A stretch of 62,047 bases of DNA, filler included, from Circinaria calcarea (Eukaryota): NCBI GenBank assembly GCA_051942165.1. It is 26 parts of 26 records of this genome, joined end to end, with 100 filler letters (N's around TTAATTAATTAA, not from the genome) between each part and the next. Parts side by side here need not be neighbours in the genome. Positions count along the whole stretch, not along the records: positions 59,763 to 62,047 come from JAVECS010003700.1; 25 more parts are not named here. One strand, written 5' to 3'. The notes under the pieces were generated by a model, which worked only from the letters and a program-made list of their open reading frames with translations, searched no databases and had not been told where the DNA came from. This document shows, in pieces, positions 60,228 to 62,047 of this stretch. The position numbers and the translations under genes were made by a program. Each line of letters starts with the position of its first letter. The first letter of the stretch is position 1.

Positions 60228-61584
60228 GGCGGGCCCCAATCCGCGAAGAAGTTATGGGCAAGCAGAACGTCTTGAAAGTGCGGACGGGTGTAGGACACAC
60301 CTTATCGGCGTATCTGACTGACTGAAAGAGCTGCTTGAAAACTCACGGCACTTCACTGCTATTATAATTCAAAGTGAAGTGAGCTGAAGCGAAGCTACGG
60401 GGAGTCGGTAGAAACGGCCCGCTTTCCTGGAGTACTTCTACCACGCGACAGACCTTTCAAGCAACTTTAGCGCGCTGCCACGATCGACAAGTGCAGCCTA
60501 TCAGACGGTCGCCTACCCCACAAAGACTCAGTCCTGTACTCCGAACGTTCTCATACGGCGATGGACAGCATTGAAGTCACGCTCTGATCGAGGCTGACCA
60601 AGGCCGTTGACATATGACGTCTTTCAGGTCTTCAATCAACAACGGCACAATGCTTCACAGTGGTCCTCAGGCGTTTTCCAACGCTCTCCAACGGTAGAGA
60701 TAGAGGTGCTTAGGCACGCTCGGGTGGAGATGACGCTGACTGTGGTACGACTGTTCCTTTCCAGGCGGGCCAAAGTCATGGGCAAAGACGGGCCTAACCA
60801 TTGTGTTTGAGAGACGTTCGGATGGGGACTACGGCCGCTGCGGTTGGAGGCGATTCATGCATCAGGTGCCCTGAGAGAAAGGGCTACGTGAGTGAGAGGC
60901 AAACAAGAAGTCGTGGTATTCTATGCCTTATCCGCCACCAATGGAAGACTGTAGAAGAGGAGCTTCGGAGCGTGTTCTTCCTTCCACTGGACAAGGTGCT
61001 TTCCAGGCCAAACATTGACGTAAATGCGATGACTGAGCCTACCTTTTGACCTGCACACGGCCTACTCCCGTCAGATGTGAGATCGTGTAACCGTTAGGTC
61101 CCTAGCTATCCCAGAATTCTCTTCAGCCATTCCAGTCGATACCTCATACTTTCCTTGCATCTGTCTTATGCCTGTCGTTCGCGTTGGCACGCCCAGCCAA
61201 GGGCTTAGAACTTCTATGAATTGACGTCATCCCGGGTACTATACATTTATCGAAATGGGAGTCAGCGATTTGACTTATCTACGCAGTGCTACGGTACCTG
61301 TAAACTGTTGGGCGATGGATTGATAGAATGACGACCGGAGGAGGAAAGCTCAGTATACGATCGCACCATCTGTAATTGATTCAACTTCTTCGCTGTAGTC
61401 GCCGTATGAAACTCGTCGCGGGGATCCTCGGGAACACTCGAAGAATACCCAATTGGAAATTCGAAAGGGCACCATTCTACTCGGAGACGACATAAAGCAA
61501 GAGGTAGAGAATCTTCAACCCTTTTTTGACCAGGCCTCAACCTTCTTCTTTCAGGGAAGTGTGCACCGATCTGGTTCGCTAAAT

Positions 61585-62047
61585 ATGACGATAGGCGTTG
61601 GTATCATTGGAGGCGGTAAGGAGAATCTTAAGTCTACTTCATTCCTCTGGGAAGGTCCTTGGAAATCCTGACTCCCTCATTTAAGGAATTTTTGCGCGGG
61701 AAGAGCACCTGGTGCGTAATAGCCGGCTTCAGATCACCACAGTACTGATTATGCTTTAGCCCGCTGTTCGGGCCGCCAAAGATCTTGCCCTTAGGGCAGT
61801 ATACTCCCGTTCCCTCAAGTCGGCGCAAAGTCTTGCATCGGACGCCGTGAACGTTGATCTCTACTCGGAAGACGCTGGCGCCGGGAAGGGCTATGCGGAC
61901 CTGCTAAAGCGCTCGGATATTCAGGCGGTCATTATAGCGTATGTGCCTCTGCAGAGCCATGGCCCGAATGCAGTACTCATCGCATCTCAAGCCTGCCCAT
62001 TCTCAATCAGCCATTCTATATTCGTACAGCCCTTTCCGCCGGAAAAC
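61585..62047 (+). CDS. Gfo/Idh/MocA family oxidoreductase, N-terminal exons
   Basis: MTIGVGIIGGG/IFAREEHL/PAV..LRAVYSRSLKSA..LLKRSDIQAVIIA/LPILNQPFYIRTALSAGK. Confidence 0.88.

Overview
This window is not a contiguous locus. It is an artificial concatenation of 26 short contigs (about 2.29-2.30 kb each, in decreasing length order), joined by 100-nt N44-TTAATTAATTAA-N44 spacers, so adjacency across spacers carries no biological meaning. The content is intron-containing genomic DNA of a filamentous ascomycete (Pezizomycotina; a lichen-type or metagenomic source is plausible but unproven). Most contigs carry fragments of recognisable genes: PTA1, an AA9 LPMO, a fatty-acid-synthase alpha subunit lacking its PPT domain, a hybrid histidine kinase, a pepsin-like protease, PTH11-like receptors, an amino-acid permease, CCL1, a GNAT, CYB2, SLH1, EFM7/NNT1, VPS23, SCC2, NMT1, TOP2, HIS6, a NACHT NLR, ISA1, Dabb, DSC3, QDE-1 RdRP, kinesin-14, RPS25, RTA1, a cullin, HIR3 and a Gfo/Idh/MocA oxidoreductase. 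The most unusual signal is non-coding: a ~170-bp module of collinear conserved motifs, flanked by a hairpin, recurs on unlinked contigs. It is clear at 34075-34259 (minus) and 49145-49320, probable at 40088-40270 and weak at about 55125-55250. In the two clear copies it leads, in the same polarity, into a composite (CTATG)n array built from 12- and 23-bp units. One copy sits just upstream of an N-terminally shortened kinesin-14, and the third lies inside a ~275-nt highly base-paired region. All assignments are by eye, without database searches.
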